DNA of 64,000 nt from Octopus bimaculoides. Lineage: Eukaryota. Below the pieces are notes generated by a model. That model had not been told where the DNA came from, searched no databases, and saw only the letters and a list, made by a program, of their open reading frames with translations. Location: the NCBI RefSeq assembly GCF_001194135.2, contig NC_068991.1, positions 8,814,930 through 8,878,929 of the forward strand, read 5' to 3'. The position numbers were made by a program, and so were the translations under genes. Each line of letters starts with the position of its first letter. Position 1 is the stretch's first letter. This document shows, one piece after another, positions 62,646 through 64,000 of the stretch.

Positions 62646-63443
62646 ATGTTGGTGGCCAGAGACGAATTCCAAAGCAGCTGTTGCTGTACTGAATATCCCC
62701 AGGATTCCATACCTTTGGACCTCAGCGCTTCTTCACAAAATAATCAGAATGCCCAGACTTGTGAAATCGTAGTAAGTGATGGCGCAAAGTTCACCTTAGA
62801 TTGTCATGCCCTTTCAAGGCACAGTGGTTATTTCCGTTGGTTATTTAAAGATTCCTATCCCAATAATCGGTCACCGATTACCTTAGACAATATTAACCGG
62901 ACTGAATTCCAGAGAATTTTAGATTATATTAACACGGGTAGCATTGACCTTGATATGGTAAACATAGAAAATGTTTTACAAACTTGTCAGTACCTTTTAC
63001 TAACACAGCTAACTGGATATTGCGAACAGTTCCTCCTCACCAAATTAGACACACACTGGCTACAGATTTTAGGGTTAACTGGTGAGTTTTGCTTGCTTCT
63101 TGTTGGACCAGCGCTGCTCGATTTCCTAATGAAAAAATTCGAAACTATTAGCAAAGATGTCGACAGGTTTAACCGAATCCCTTTTGAAGTTCTTTTTTCA
63201 TTGGCCCAGAGCCCCCAACTAAAAGTTCCCTCTGAATTCTTTCTTTTTAAACAGATTGTGAAATGGATAAATTATGATTTTGAGGCACGAGCTGATTGCT
63301 TTGACCATTTTATGACGGTGGTACGACTTCCAGTAATGTCACGAGACGAACTCGAAGAAGTAGCAATGCATTTCAATCCCTGCGTTTATACACCAGCACT
63401 GCACATGTTACATTTTTTGCTGAATAACTCTCAACAGACATGA
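62646..63443 (+). CDS. BTB/POZ + BACK domain protein (Kelch-like family N-terminus, no Kelch repeats), 265 aa from ATG 62646; true start uncertain because of an upstream gap
   Basis: BTB pattern SGYFRWLF...FQRILDYINTGSIDL...NIENVLQTCQYLLLTQLTGYCEQFL; BACK pattern LKVPSEFFLFKQIVKWINYDFEARADCFDHFMTVVRLPVM. Acceptor TTTTCTTTTTAG at 62559-62560; AATAAA at 63758-63763. Confidence 0.85.
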   Translation: MLVARDEFQSSCCCTEYPQDSIPLDLSASSQNNQNAQTCEIVVSDGAKFTLDCHALSRHSGYFRWLFKDSYPNNRSPITLDNINRTEFQRILDYINTGSIDLDMVNIENVLQTCQYLLLTQLTGYCEQFLLTKLDTHWLQILGLTGEFCLLLVGPALLDFLMKKFETISKDVDRFNRIPFEVLFSLAQSPQLKVPSEFFLFKQIVKWINYDFEARADCFDHFMTVVRLPVMSRDELEEVAMHFNPCVYTPALHMLHFLLNNSQQT

Positions 63444-64000
63444 CAGAATGGCGAGTGTAAAAAAAAAAAAATGGCCGAATATATGAGACCGGATTGACAG
63501 CCATCACAAATTTTGAACTTCGAATTCAGAACAAGCATTTCATTATGTCTCTTGCTTAGAGGTCACGTAATTCTGCTTCGCCTCAGCTGACCAAGCTGTT
63601 GATAATCACCGTATTTGATGGCATTAGCCCTTAAACGGCAGGAAAGGTTTGCATGAGTGGGGATGCCAAACATGGAAAAAAAAAAAATTATTTTTGTTAT
63701 GAGGAGTTTTTGTGTTTATTTTCACTTAAAACTATAATAATTGTTGGTCTCTCGCACAATAAAATTTACAATCTATTATCGAAAAGTGCCGTAAAATATT
63801 CACTTTCCTTTGCATCCGGCATGAGCATAAATTCATTTGAGACACCCGCATTGTAAGAATGTACATCAGTTGGTAATGTCTCTTGTTCTCTTATGGAACA
63901 TCAATTGATGATGTCCGCCGTTTTAAGGGTTAAAGAAAGACGCATGGGTATATTAGAAGCACTCTAATTTCAGCAGAGCATATTCAGGAAAAAGAAAAGG

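Overview
AT-rich, microsatellite-dense eukaryotic scaffold with many N gaps. The repeat families look like those I recall from octopus genomes, so the species assignment is an inference. Two protein-coding units are well supported: an intronless, full-length LRRCC1 orthologue (20717-23770, +) and a single-ORF BTB-BACK protein without Kelch repeats (62646-63443, +). A degenerate tRNA-Ile(AAT) lies divergently about 700 bp upstream of LRRCC1. Most of the rest is repeat: several tRNA-derived SINE families, Tc1/mariner MITEs, a DD37D (maT) transposase relic, Gypsy gag-pro, RTE, CR1/L2 and R4/Dong LINE relics, and fold-back palindromes. The most notable signal is RNA structure inside repeats. There are three well-formed minimal type-I hammerhead ribozyme motifs of the Penelope-associated kind, one with a G3:C8 compensatory core swap and two with head-to-head truncated inverted copies, plus degenerate copies. 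A dispersed repeat also carries a partly HDV-ribozyme-like fold. There are splice-bounded candidate exons of an unrecognised minus-strand transcript (about 42.3-50.4 kb) and a candidate bidirectional promoter (about 33.6-35.1 kb). Most ORFs in the supplied track are microsatellite or N-gap artefacts. Repeat boundaries are approximate unless TIR/TSD positions are given.
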